DNA from: Antedon mediterranea
Lineage: Eukaryota > Animalia > Echinodermata
NCBI RefSeq assembly: GCF_964355755.1
Contig: NC_092678.1
Location: forward strand, 19,981,365 to 20,045,364
DNA length: 64,000 nt
Direction: 5' to 3'
The notes beneath the pieces were generated by a model, which saw nothing but the letters and a program-made list of their open reading frames with translations, did no database searches and had not been told where the DNA came from. Shown piece by piece: positions 37,786-50,870 of the stretch. The position numbers and the translations under genes are program-made. Every line of letters begins with the position of its first letter. Positions within the stretch are counted from its first letter, which is position 1.

Positions 37786-37861
37786 GACCAGTTAGCTCAG
37801 TCGCCTGAGCGTCGTGTTGACAACACATAATTATGTCCTGGGTTCAATTCCCACACAGGTC
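37786..37861 (+). mobile_element. tRNA-derived SINE head or tRNA pseudogene
   Basis: A-box TAGCTCAGTCG and B-box GGTTCAATTCC with imperfect stems. Confidence 0.6.
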
Positions 37862-38075
37862 GGTGGAATAGATTTAAAGCTATGCGAGAAACTGTGTTTG
37901 GGGTTCACAGATATGTCCACCTTTCTGTTTAAAACAAAAATTAAAAGAAATTAAATATATAATTCCATCGCAGGTGTACAAAACGGTTTGGTATGCCGTT
38001 CGTTGTTATGCAATAGTTCTGTAGGAAAGGTGTATAGGAAAGATGGAATTGTTTGTCACTCTGATAACTTTAAAA

Positions 38076-39400
38076 ACTAGAAAGACACTCCGAGAGGGCA
38101 TACCTCCGCCCACTGTAAAATTCTCCTACATAAGATTTCTCCGGTAAAAAAGAAATATATACGGTATATATTTGTGTGTGACTTAATGCTGTTTCTGATT
38201 TAGGCTAATTTAAATACAAGCATGACGTGTATGCGAGTTTGGCGTAATGGTTATGTAACAAGCCTTTCAACAACAATAGCTTCAGTTGACTAACAATAGA
38301 ACAGCAACGCGAAAATCAAACGAGTGAATTTGAAAAGAAATAGGTTTTTTTAAACTACTCGCATCAAAAAACGTGCACATAAATAAAATTATGTTTTAAA
38401 ATTACAAATCAGAAATTATAACTCTTGCCTCTTGTACAAAAATGAAGTTTTTTGGACTTGCAGTTTTCGATAAAATGCAATTACAGTTTACTTGTTACTT
38501 TAAGACTGCTCGCCGGCTTTTTGACAAATTTTGTCCTATCTTTTAACACTAGCAGGTCTGAAAAGTATACTAAAATGTGGTCCAGAATTAGGACTGTTGT
38601 CCGAATTGGTCCCACAATTTAATGGAATGGTCCTTGACCACATATCTATTGTACATTCATTTTGGTAAAGACCTTGTAATTACTTTTTGAGTAATACTTG
38701 GCCAAATCAAAATTGGCCTCCTGACATTGACCCAATTTTTACCAAAAGTGTGTGGGTTATGCTGTATGATTTAGGCTAATTTCACTACAATCATGTGTAT
38801 ACGAGTTTGGTGTCAAGGTTATGTTCAACTAACAATAGCGCTTCAGTCGACTAACAATAGAACAGCAACGCGACAAACAAACGGGTGAATTTTAAAAGAA
38901 TTAGGTTTTTTAAACTATTCGCATCAAAAAACCTGTATATTATTATTAAATCAACTTATGTTTTAAAATTACAAATCACAAATTATAACTCTTGCCACTT
39001 GTACAAAAATGAAGTTTTTTGGAGAAGTAGTTCTCGAGAAAATGCAATTTTAGTTTACTTGTTAATTTAAGACTGCTCACCGGCTTTTGATAATTCTGTC
39101 CTATCTTTTAACACTAGCAGGTCTGAAAATAATTTTTAAAAGTGGTCCAGAATTGGGACCGTGGTCCAGATTTTAACCAAAATTGGGCAGTGTCGTTCTT
39201 GCACCAGGTGATGTATGGTAGTAATTTGGAGTCATTCGAATCAAAATTGTGAGCGCTAGAGTGATGACAAACAAACAAACACACACACACACACACAAAC
39301 CGCACCGATCAACATACTTGGCCAATTTTCAATTTGGCCAAGTAACAAACAGACAAACACACACGCGATCGATTACATTATACCTCCTTGGCGGAGGTAA
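38076..39400 (-). mobile_element. Helentron/DINE-1-like non-autonomous element (HINE), composite
   Basis: On the minus strand it starts TTACCTCCGCCAAGGAGGTA (subterminal IR plus short palindrome), followed by a GTTT/GT microsatellite, and ends GGCGGAGGTA + stem-loop + TTCTAGTT in a T-rich site. Internal duplication of ~38190-38620 and ~38765-39170. A second palindrome TACTTGGCCAA...TTGGCCAAGTA lies at 39315-39344. Confidence 0.7.
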
Positions 39401-39404
39401 AAAA

Positions 39405-39619
39405 TAAAACAGCGCCATCTATTTTTTACTGGTCGATGAACTTTTTAACAGCAGGTACTTCCGGTTCATGAGACGATGGATATTAATAAATGAGTGGACG
39501 ATATTATATTTTTGTTGTTTATTCTGAAAGTTTTGTTGTTCAAAAGAATTAAATTCTATGAAGAAACACCACGTGCTTGTAATATATCGTTGTATAACAT
39601 ATATACCCTCTATTTCTCG
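39405..39619 (+). promoter_or_regulatory. Putative promoter and non-coding exon 1 of the RASSF1-like gene
   Basis: AGCGCCATCTA (CTCF/YY1-like), ETS motif ACTTCCGG at 39457-39464, strong donor CG|GTAAGT at 39619/39620, and a CpG-rich patch downstream. Confidence 0.55.
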
Positions 39620-40364
39620 GTAAGTTTAGTTAGATATTTGTGATTGATTAATATTAGAAAGGATCCATTTACTTTTGATTTGTGTGTATGTTTACACATT
39701 TCATTGTTCTCTGGCGCTCGGATCGTGTGTCGTGGTGGTACGTGTATGAGGTTTTTCGTCGGCGTGGAGGGATGGGTATACTCTCATGGAACTTCGGCCT
39801 AGGCCCTATCTCTTAGCAAAGAAGGCCTAGCCATGACATTAACCATTGTAACCAAATTACTATTATTTTTAGTAACTTTATTCAATCAGGCCTAGGTAGA
39901 CAGATAGGCCATGTTTGCTTGGTTAAGTCATTACAATATGAATACAAATTTATAAACAATCATATCATTATGATATGAATGAAGAGAATTTATTAATAAT
40001 TATAATATTGAAACAACATGCTGCCGTACATATTCATTCATACAGTACAGATGACAATGTTATGCGTGAGTGTCTTTCTTGTATAGTAGGCCTAGCCTAG
40101 AGGCCTAGTTATTCATTTTTCTTGTGAACTTTATTCAATCAAGCGTAGGCCTAGTAAGTAGTAGGCTAAATTCATAATTAATAATAATATTAATAACCAT
40201 AACAACGTGTGTAAGGAAGTACAGTGATTTTTACAAAAAATATTAATTATAAAATATACATTGATTATTTACAAACATTACAGTAGGCCTAATGATAATA
40301 ATAAAAAATAAGAAAATACTTACTAGGCCTACTGTAGGCCTATTATTAATTGAATTATTCTGAC

Positions 40365-40391
40365 CATGGAGGCTATTTTTATACCTCCATG
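40365..40391. mobile_element. 27-bp palindrome with 7-bp TSD, same family as 18388
   Basis: TTCTGAC-[CATGGAGGCTATTTTTATACCTCCATG]-TACTGAC (1 mismatch in the TSD). Confidence 0.7.
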
Positions 40392-41395
40392 TACTGACTA
40401 AGTATTATTGAAAAAAAAATATAGAAGTTGAATAATGAATACTGAATATTATAATGTTTCATGATTTATTAATCTATATATCAGCCTAACCCATGTGTTG
40501 AATAACAATATATCACTCAGTGATAGTAAGAAGATCCAACCAGACATCACATGTTATTACTTTTAATCCCAATGTCAGCCGGTTGAATTAAACCACTTCC
40601 TACAGCAGTTGTACTGTACATGCTATACTACAGTACTACTGTATAGGAAAATGCAATTCATCCAGTAAGGCAAGCAATTTAAAGGCAAATTCAGTTATAT
40701 AGTTATATAGGCATACAGATACAGTAAATTGTTTCCTTGATAAAAAAAATGTTTGTTGAATATATTTTAAAGTCACATTTAATAGTCAAATTTAACTGTT
40801 TATTTTTTCATTTTTTTTTCTTTATTTTTTCTACCAAAGTCTGATTTTAATGTTTTTTGTAGACAATACCATGAAATGAAAAGTATTCTCTTTATACAGG
40901 GGTGTCCACTCTGTATAAGTTGGTTGTAGTGAAATTTTGCCCTTCAGGGATAGTGTCCTCTACAGTACTGTATGTGTATCCAGAAGAACTAAAGGTCATA
41001 TTTTATTTCTGAACATACAGGAGAATGAGTTGTTATTAGGAACTCACTTTATGAAGCCTCTGGGTTATCTGGTTAGGTGGCCAGTTCCTTTTCATACCAC
41101 CTATCCTACCTACAGTATTTTCAACCAGGTACTCATTTAAAGTTAAAACTGCCCTTAAGATGTGACCTACAATTTATTACTCTTTTATTAATTAAAATAA
41201 TAACAATAACTATAATCACAATAACAATAATTAAAAATAATAATAACCACTACAGTAGTATTAAATGACTATAATTTTTATGTGTTTAAATTTTAAATGT
41301 AAATATGTATGATGTTGGTATGATGTAGTATGTTTAAGCGGATATTAGCCCTTGATGGCATTTGCAGCAATAAAGAAATTGACTTGAATTGAATT

Positions 41396-41468
41396 GAGTG
41401 GTCGGGAATTGAACCCAGGTCTCTCTGTATGACAGTAAAGTGTTCTAACCACTCAGCTACCCAACTCC
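41396..41468 (-). mobile_element. tRNA-derived SINE head or tRNA pseudogene
   Basis: Minus strand shows a TAGCTGAGTGG A-box and GGTTCAATTCC B-box with imperfect stems. Confidence 0.55.
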
Positions 41469-42000
41469 TGAATGGGGTTGTCTATGAAGCCTTCTACAGC
41501 AACTAACAATGCTATGGCGCCAGTTTTCTGGGTTATACTGTAGTTACCAATTTCAGAGAATCCTGTCATGTTTGTTTTGATAAACAACTGTATACTGTTA
41601 ATAAAACATCTGTTGGTTTCCTTTTACAGTATTTTAAAGCAATCATTTATGATTTTATTTCCTTTGACAAAATTTCAACTTTGAACTTGATCAGGTGATA
41701 TGTAGGGTTTTTGATTCAATTGATTACACACAGAAAATAGGAACTAGACAAAATCAATTGTGCTTCGTTCCCAAAAAGATGTGTTGTTGTAACAATAGCA
41801 ATATACAGTACAGTTGCAACACGCCATTGGAATCTGTGAGTGTGACAGCCTTTCATACTGTTTCTCATCACAGTTAAATAGTACTGATATGCTATAGCTA
41901 TTGTAATGAGCACTGCAGTCTACTAAATTACTTTATCTTCGTTTTGTTTGTCAATCATAGTTTTCATAGAACATTATACAATGGGTAAGTATAGTTTGTT

Positions 42001-42160
42001 AAGTTCTGTTTACACTATCAAACTTTATGTGACAACAAAATGTGATGTGGCCATATATACTGTATGGACATGATACTGATTGTCACTATTACCATATTTG
42101 AGCACATCACTACAATATTTGGGCACATCACACTTGTTTGATAAGTGTAGACAAGGCTTT
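42001..42160. mobile_element. MITE, PIF/Harbinger-like (family also at 53219 and 57253)
   Basis: Degenerate TIR AGCTCTGTCTACACTATCAAAC...GTTTGATAGTGTAGACAGAGCT, flanked by TAA/TTA. Confidence 0.6.
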
Positions 42161-42703
42161 AATGTTGAACTCTTGCTTTGAATTGAGATCATGTTATGTG
42201 CATACCTTCCATTACTGCATGCATGACAGTAACCAACTTTTACCAGGGGCTAATTCAACTGGCTCAGCAAGCAAAGTTTCCTACTTATACTGTTTGGAGA
42301 ATTATTAAATCCAATTAAATAGTGTGTTTTCTTGTGTAGAGTATATTTATGTTTTATTATAACACCTAATACATTCCTGTCATTTTGAAATCCAATAGCA
42401 ATATCGTGAAACGAGGTAGTGACGCACATGGCACGATCTATCCTTTACAATAACAATATCAGAACAATGACAATGACAAGAATCTACTTATAAAACAAAT
42501 AACGTTTTTATATTTGTCCGATGGTACAAATAATTCCATTTTAGTGAAATATAACATTCTATTTTCGCCTCATGAAAATAGAATTTCATCTGTGACTCAC
42601 CTCATGAAATTATTTGTACCATCACATTTCATAAACATTCACTATCCTCCCCATAACTCCCACTATACATTTTCTGTTTCCGCCCCTGCTTAATGTACTG
42701 TAT

Positions 42704-42877
42704 CAGGGAATAATTTCGCCAGTGTAGCATAGCAAAAAGCTATACAAAACAACCTTATTGCTACACATTTCTAAAATTGTATAGCAAAAATACAATACAA
42801 AACTATGTTCCTGGACTAAAAAATCAGTTTGATTAGCAATATTGCTAAATAAAATTTTACAATGAAATTTTTCCCTG
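42704..42877. mobile_element. Small TIR element (MITE)
   Basis: CAGGGAATAATTTC ... GAAATTTTTCCCTG; the TSD is not clear. Confidence 0.5.
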
Positions 42878-43929
42878 TGTATGTCAGTTCAGGAATAGGG
42901 CCTACTGTACTTTTCTCTATATTCTTTCCGCTTTTGATAATCAAGTGTTGCATTGCATTACATTAATAATAGTTACTGTAATACTTTATAATCAGACTAT
43001 TACTCTTGTATGAATATTAGCACACTCATTTAATGCGTACTGTAGTGTATGGTGACTTGATTCTAAAATGACTACAGTATTTACTTTTTATTGTGTTGTC
43101 AGGACACAAAGTGTTCAAAACATTGAGATTTACTGTAGATTTAGATTAACTTATGATTGACTGTCATAATTGGTTTTTGCTTTAATAATAAACAATTAAA
43201 ATAATGCTGTGTTTAGTAGAGCTACTTTTTACAGAATGCTCCATTAAGAACCTACTATTGATCGGTGCATGGATTAAATTATATTTTTGGAAAAAAAAGC
43301 AAGCCTTCAGTACTACTACTAACTACAGTATAGTAAATTTGTTAATGATTGTAAAAAAATCAGGTATGCAGTAATGAGACAGTCTGTCCATATTGTCAGT
43401 AAGCCTTATTAATCCTCCAGGAATTTTACTCCCACAACTCAAGAACCAATAGCAACTGAGGCACTCTACAGTGATCACTAAAGCCCTGTTCACACACACA
43501 GCTGCTGAGCTGCGGTAATAAATTATTAACCAGCATTGGTTTCCTTTCTGAAGTACAGTAGGTCATGTTATAACAACATGATGGTAGCATCCAGCCAGTT
43601 TATTTGCAATATTTTATTTTCTGCAACAATATGGGACATGTAGGCCTAACTGATCAATTCCTGTCATAAGTAGGAATGCTCATGCTGCCCCGTCTGTTAA
43701 AAAAATGTGGCTGCAAAGGGTGTTAGGAATAATCATGAATGTTAGTCTAGTATGTTTGTTTCCAGAGATTGGAGTACGTCCTTTATGGGTCCACAATCAC
43801 CACAATGCAGTTCCAAATAATAAATATCCTGGATTTATAAAGCACATAATGTTGTGAAATTTCTTAGAGCTGTACATATTTATTACCCCGGTCATTTTTT
43901 TATCAAACACGTATGGAAACACTCCCATA

Positions 43930-44060
43930 TTGCAGGCTGGTATCAGCGTAAAGTACACAACAAGTTGTACACAACATAATTTCCTTGCCAAAGGATACAA
44001 GCAATACGACAAGAGTTGGATTCGAACCCACGATCTCACGACCATTAGTCCAGTGATGAA
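43930..44060 (-). mobile_element. SINE fragment
   Basis: Minus-strand B-box GGTTCGAATCC followed by GTATCCTTTGGCAAGG (CORE-like). Confidence 0.5.
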
Positions 44061-45086
44061 CACACTGTAAAGGGTTTCTTTTACATTCTTTTGACAGTTA
44101 TTAGTAGAAATCACAGAATAGAAACTTTCCCCTTAAAATCTTTTCCACAAACATTATGTTTGGTTATCTTCCAAAACAATTCTTATTGAAATGTTCTGCA
44201 CTACCCTTACTTTCTTCCAAGGATAATAATTTAAATTTTATACTGGTTGAGATAATATCACACCAATAAGTCATTAAGATAAAAATATCAAATGGTTAAA
44301 GAGATGCATTTATGATTTAATGGTGCAGTGTGTAGCAAGCTTTGGGTGTTAAAATTTGAAAATAGTAAAAACAGTAGTTGCAAGGTCTTCCCTAAAAGGG
44401 TATGTTGTCTTCATACTTTAGGGTTGGTGCTACTAGGTGAAAAGTAAGCTACTGTATAGGTGGATGAGTTGTATACAGTAGGCAATACAGTATGTTCACA
44501 ATGACGTGTACGGCATAAGACTGACGTACTGTATGAATTTGCATGTGAAATAGACTAGGCAGAATTGCTATTGTTAACGCCACTCGCTACACGTGGCTGG
44601 CTGGGGATTTTAGACAAAAGCCATCATTTTCAAACTACTCTGGGCTGCTTCCTTCAATTCTTAAAACTTTAAGATATCATGACTACACTACAGTACATTG
44701 CAATTCTATGTTTAAAGGCATTCGTTATTTTGAATGCTGTTGTCAACTTGTTCATCTTATCAATTTAGAATGTGGATTACCTTTATGACTTGCATAAACC
44801 ACGCCAGAGAGAGACAAAAGAACAATTTTAATGGAACATCCCAACTGAAAATAGGATAGTCTGCTTAAAGGCACCTCACTCTAAATGGGAGTATCATATG
44901 GCCATAATCCATAACCCCATTATGGTGCCCTCTGATAAACCTTACTTTTTTTTGGTACTAATACAGTATTTTTTGTTTTAAAATAATAATAATATTTCAT
45001 TGTTATACTCTTGTTTTGATTCTAGGTGCTGTCCTTATTCTGTCCTTGTTTCTCTCTACCAATCAATCTAATTCTCATCACCAAAA

Positions 45087-45444
45087 ATGAGTACTCTACA
45101 CGATATATGGACAAAAATGTCTGAATATATAGAGATGCGGACATTGGAGCGTGAGAACGGTATCACGCACGAACACGACGATGAGATCATTGAAGCTGCG
45201 TCGAGTAACGGCGGACTCCTTAGCGGCATGGGGTACTTCTTAGGCTGGCGCCAAAAGTTAATGGTGAAACAAACAAGCGATTCAGACAAGTCACGACTGA
45301 GACACAGAAAGAAGAACGGTATCAAGAACGAGAAAGACAGTGGACACGACTTTGTACCGATACGGTTAATGACGAATCCGACGTGGTGCGATAAATGCGG
45401 GGCATTCATCTGGGGATTTTATGCACAGAGCTTCCGATGTAAAC
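45087..45444 (+). CDS. RASSF1-like: First coding exon of a RASSF1/RASSF5-like C1-domain protein; the rest of the gene lies beyond the window
   Basis: Acceptor TCTAG|45026, AAAATG at 45087, encodes HDFVPIRLMTNPTWCDKCGAFIWGFYAQSFRCK, then a phase-1 donor C|GTAAGT. From memory, the WCDxCGxFIWG motif and the phase-1 intron splitting the C1 domain match RASSF1A (HTWCDLCGDFIWG). The C1 call is secure; the orthology is less so. Confidence 0.75.
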
Positions 45445-45492
45445 GTAAGTACAATTTATTTTAAAATGTTTTAATTTGTAATCATGGGAATA

Positions 45493-45647
45493 CAGTAGAA
45501 CACACCATACAGTAGTTTGTATACCCCGTATTAAGGGGACATTTTTCTGTGAAATCAACACTACAGCCAATCCCTATCCAAAGGACACCCATTGTTAAAG
45601 GGACACTTTGTTTGGTCCTGAAGGTATCTTTAAAAGAGGTTCTACTG
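45493..45647. mobile_element. Tc1/pogo-like MITE
   Basis: TA-CAGTAGAAC ... GGTTCTACTG with internal GGGACAC repeats. Related fragments at ~40895 and ~60620-60800. Confidence 0.55.
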
Positions 45648-46194
45648 AATACTAATTACTACCGATTTTTAAAGAAAGTTTTATACTGAACAGTCACTTT
45701 CATACATGTCACATCAACTAAACTGTACTGTATCTGGAGGAATAGTAGGAACGCAATTTCTACTATCAGTTTGATAAAATCCATAGTCTTAATAGTAATT
45801 GTCTCCATTGAAATCGCAAAGGTGTTCCGGCCCGGCTGTCCAAGAGGACTTTGAAAGCATTGTTTTATTGTTGTAAAATACATACATACTGTACATACAC
45901 TGGTAACAGTACAGCTACAGTATACTCTAGTCTTCCTGTTGAGTAATATTATTGAAATTATTTATGCTGGTTGGTATCAACTAAAGTATCAATGAATCTG
46001 CTATAAATCCACACAGTTTGACAAAGAATAAGTAATTTTGCATACCACTCGTGTTACAGTAGGTCTACTGTACTGACTTTTAGATCATGTGCGAAGTCTT
46101 TTTTTACTATTATTAAATATTAAAGAATTATATAAATATTGGTTTTGTATTTTATTTTAAAGTACTTTGTATAGAATGGTATACTGTACAAACT

Positions 46195-46346
46195 AGCATA
46201 CTGTAAATTACTGTACAAAATGGCATAGAATGGTATAGTTTACTGTACAGAATAGTATAGTTTACTGTACAGAATAGTATAGTTTACTGTACAGAATAGT
46301 AAAGTTTACTGTACAGAATGGTATAGTTTACTGTACAGAATAGTAA
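46195..46346 (+). repeat. 22-bp minisatellite (AGTTTACTGTACAGAATAGTAT)
   Basis: About 5 good units plus degenerate ones. Confidence 0.85.
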
Positions 46347-47613
46347 ACATTTCATTTGAATAAACAAAATATAATATTGATTGTGTTTTCTTGCTAATAT
46401 AATAGCATCCTGTCTCAATTTTGAATACTTTCATTTTGGTTATTGTTGTACTGCAGTTAGTAGGTGAGTGGTTTTGTCTGCATACAACCAGATTCAGTCA
46501 AGTTGACCTTTCAACTCTCTGTATTGTGCTATTTCTGATACATTTATACAATAAAAATCAATGGTTTCACTTAGTGTTTAGTATATGGCCATAAAAAAAC
46601 TCTACAGTCACATCACAGTGATAAAATTAATATTTGTAAATTGTCTGAATGTACAGTATTAATGCAATAATGATCTATTCTATAATTAATAATAAATAAT
46701 ACAAACTTCTTTAAAGTTTTGATTCGTTTTCAAAAGAAAAGAAATACATTTTTTTTCTATTATAAAATAATAAAAAGATTTTCTTTTTCGTTGGAAGATT
46801 GTTTTCAGTACTCACTCGGACTGTAAAGTATTTTTTCCTTCTTTTTTTTCTATAACAATCAAATATGTTTAGGATACTAAACAACAATTTAAAAATAAAT
46901 TGTAGTGGTACAGTGTTGCTTTGTGTTTAAAAATTCTTGCTTACCAATCATTGGGGATATGTTTCAAAGCCCTAGCACAGTACTTTCTCATGCCCAAAAT
47001 AAAGTGCCATTGCCTTAAAAAAAAACCTCATAAACTTTGTTTTTAGAAGCATCACAAGGGGTTTTTTTCCAGCGTATAATTATCAAGTCATGTGCATTTT
47101 GTTGGACACATTAAAATTTAAACAAAACAAATAATATTGCCATGTGATTGCTACCTAATGTACCTATTTTTAAAAGTACAGTATGTTTTTCGCATGTGAC
47201 AACTCCTTTAGGAAGTAATTCAGGTTTCACAGAGAATATCCTGATTATCCGAAGTTCATGAACGTACAGTACAGCATCACGGTTGATTTTGTATTTTAAA
47301 TTAATAACAGATGTACTGTATGATTACACAACATTTTACAAATAGTAATACCTTACATCTTCTGGTATAATCCCAACCCCTCTAGAACATGAAATCGGGC
47401 CGATTTTTGGTGGTGGGACTATACCCGGAGAAACCATGGTTCAGGTAAAAATGATTGGTAAGCTTTCTTGTAAAAACTCATCTGAACTTGCTAGAGAGAG
47501 GTCTACAGTACATCCAGACCAAAAGTCAATACTAGGACTACCTACAGTATAGCAGGGATGCCTGTTTGTGAAATCAGACATAAAGTAGGGATTGGGATTA
47601 GACCTGAAGTGGG

Positions 47614-47690
47614 ATAATAATAATAATAATAAACAGTATTTATATAGCGCCTAATGGATCACTGACCCCTCTAGGTGCTTTACATAGGAC
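47614..47690 (-). mobile_element. L2/SINE-type 3' tail remnant
   Basis: (ATA)n followed by ATTTATATAGCGCC; the mirror motif occurs on + at 52660-52725. Confidence 0.5.
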
Positions 47691-50587
47691 CTTAACTAAT
47701 GGTAATAAACTATCCCCCGCCGGACACCATTCCGGTATTTCTTAGTCGAGGTTTCGGGGATGGAGACAATCAATAATGTGAAAAAAAAATGTAACTAAGC
47801 TTAACTATGCTTAACTAAGGTAAAACTATCCCCCGCCGGACACCATCCCGGTATTTCTGAGTCAAGGTTTCGGGGCCAGAATTAAGAATAGAGAGTAAAT
47901 GAAGCATGCACAACTTAAGCTAGGGTTAAACAGGTATACCCGAAGATACAGTAATAATAATAATATGTTGATCTTATATAGACTTGCTTAATATGCAAAG
48001 CCTCTAATGAACAGTACTGTATGCGCTTCTGATTATTACCCCAGAATTGTTTTCAATCAAACACATCAACAACATAATCTCATAAATGTTGCAGCCGTAA
48101 TCAGCGCAGTTGTGTTTTGACCTGGTATACCAGGTACCAACTTTGTAAAACATAGGTAGAGAAAGGCAAATGTAAGTAAAGGCCTACTGTAGGATACAAG
48201 CATTGAATTTGTTTGCTTGTTTGTTTTTATTGATTTTCCACACTAAAATGAATATGATAATTAAGTAACAATAAACATATATAAGAAAGATGTGTGGCTG
48301 GTGGGCAAATAAGTTCAAAGAACTTTAGGCTTACCCACCAGAAAAGATACAATAAACATAATCAAGTGAGATACAAGAAAGCCAAAAATAGCAAATCAAA
48401 TCATCAATTAAAGAAAAAAAAAAAATAGAAATGTAGAGTAAATAAACTTTTCATTTGTAGTTGAAATCAATTTGGTATTAAATACTGTATGATTGAATAC
48501 AACAAGTCATTGTAACATGAACATCTGCAGGATGTGCTCTACACCATACAGTACACTTGGTGTCTATTTGCCGCTTCTTTTAATATTCAATGATATTATC
48601 TAACTGCAAGAAGTAGGCTTTTCCTTAATTAGGTTCTATTGTACTACTTCCTTTTCCATTTATGATATTCTGTTTGATAAAGACATTGTTCAGAATCAAA
48701 TCTAATGGCATGTTTTCCAATTTCCCTTTTTTCATTTTCCTGTTTCAGTATGTTACAGAACTTACAGCCTTTTTTGTGTTTTTTATTTTTTTTAAATTTG
48801 TATTTTTCTTGTCTAATAATAACTATCGGGTAGAAATTACTTCATGTAAAAGAAACCGATCATGTTCGAATGATTTATTTAAATGATAATGTTTTGCAAA
48901 AGTTGGTTATTGGTGTTTTATTTATTTTCTTTTTGCTCATTCATTACAGTATACCGTATTTTACTATTTACTATATCGACTTTTAAACGTTATATTGTTG
49001 ATTTAACATTAACAACGTTCTTTACAATTTACAAACCCTTCCATAAGGCAAACTACAGCATGCACTGTTGTTAACCTTTAGTATTTAAACACATGTGTTT
49101 TATATCATAAAAAAACTAATGTGTGTATTAGCAATATCTGTAGATTATACATTATAACATATTTCACTGTACCTACAGTATGTACTGCTGTTCGATCCTG
49201 ATCTAGTGTCAGGGTTGTTTGTAACCCAACTTTTTCTGCTCCATCCCTAAAGAAAGCTTGAGAGATGAGATGAGACCACATTTACACTTACAGTTTGGGC
49301 CAGCCCTGGGTCTGCAATCGATAAGTGTAAACATGCCATAAAGTTAGGCCAGCTCTGGGCCAGATGCAGACCTGGACCATCTTGAGAGATGGTTCCAGGA
49401 GCGACTTGTATGTTTTGGATGGCTTATGTCATGAACCGTGACCAAAAAACGCTTGAGAAAATTAAGTACAGTAAATTTTGTATTGTACTGCATCGTACAA
49501 TACTGATCTTACTGTTTTAATTTATCAATAATTAATTAATGAATTAATTCTATTATTTATTATATTACTCTTATCATTTTTGCCTCCCTAGTCTGTTCAG
49601 TTTAAAAATCTATGTTTTTTGGTTTCAGTCTCCAACATCTCATTACACAAATGAGCAAAATGTATGAAGAATAGTTTTAGTTTAAATACTGTGACATCTG
49701 TCAGCAATAACTAGTAATGTTGTTAGATAGAAGAAGCTGTACTGTACAATACATATTATTTTTCAAAATATTTTTAATGACTCTGAGTTAGAATCTCTGC
49801 AGATACATGTAGTTGGTAGAGTACTCAATTTGTTTGTCAACTGTTGTTTTGTTTAATACATTAGGAGAATCTAAATACAGCCTTATATTTATTCTGTGCC
49901 TAACTTACCTAGATAAACTGACATTGGCCTATTTAACTACAACTCAAATACATACAATTAAATATTTACCCCTATTAGACAATGGTACATTCTATGAACT
50001 TTGCCCCCAATTTTTGAGAAACAGTAGTTTTCAATATTAGTTTATCCAGCGGTACTCAAACTCAGTTTGGTTTGTGTAATTGTTGAAAGTGAGGCTGGTT
50101 TAACAGTCCAGTACCCATCTTGTTTAGCGAGAGGTCATGGTTTAAATCTTTTCGGTTTCAGTTAATTTTATACCAAAGTGTGAATTGAGGCTTACTATAG
50201 AATTTTCCTTTTCCTTTTGAACTTCCTTTGAATTAAATTTAGTGTGTGAACATCCTTTGAAAGTTTGATGTTACAGGATATTGACTTTTGTACTACCTCT
50301 TTTAACCTGTACAGTACAATACAACTGAGTTGACCATGAATGATGATACCAGAAATTATCAATAATGTATTGATTATGTGGTATTGCGTAATACCTCACA
50401 GTACTACAGTACATTATTTCCAACATCTATTATTATTTATGTTGAATGTACTGTATTTTCCCACAATTTGTGGGCTACTGTATAGTAATTTTAAGGTTAA
50501 AATTTATGGTTTTTATTACCCCTTTTGTTTGGGACTCAACAAAGTGACACTGAATAGGGGTTTGTTTAAGAATGATTCTACTGTACA

Positions 50588-50870
50588 CTGTTATTCAAAT
50601 TTTAGAAGATGGCTATCAACGGAAAGAGGTTATAAACTCATAATGTAGGCCTACTGTACAGCTAGAGAGACTAGCTTTGATGCATGTTAATATGGTTAGC
50701 TGTTATTCAAATTTTAGAAGATGGCTATCAGCGGAAAAATGTTATAAACTCATAATGTAGGCCTACAACTAGAGAGACTAGCTTTGAAGCATGTTAATAT
50801 GGTTAGCTGTTATTCAAATTTTAGAAGATGGCTATCAGTATCAGCCGAAAGAGGTTATAAACTCATAATA
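50588..50870 (+). repeat. ~110-bp tandem repeat x2.6
   Basis: CTGTTATTCAAATTTTAGAAGATGGCTATCA at about 50588, 50700 and 50807. Confidence 0.9.

Noticed and set aside
37786-41468. Functional tRNA genes at 37786 and 41396
   Set aside because: Stems contain mismatches and the arms are irregular, so they are more likely SINE heads or pseudogenes. tRNAscan-SE would decide.
45087-45444. PKC, chimaerin, DEF8 or PDZD8 identity for the C1 exon
   Set aside because: The N-terminal position, WCDxCGxFIWG motif and intron position fit RASSF1-like best. The RA and SARAH domains are not in the window, so this is unconfirmed.
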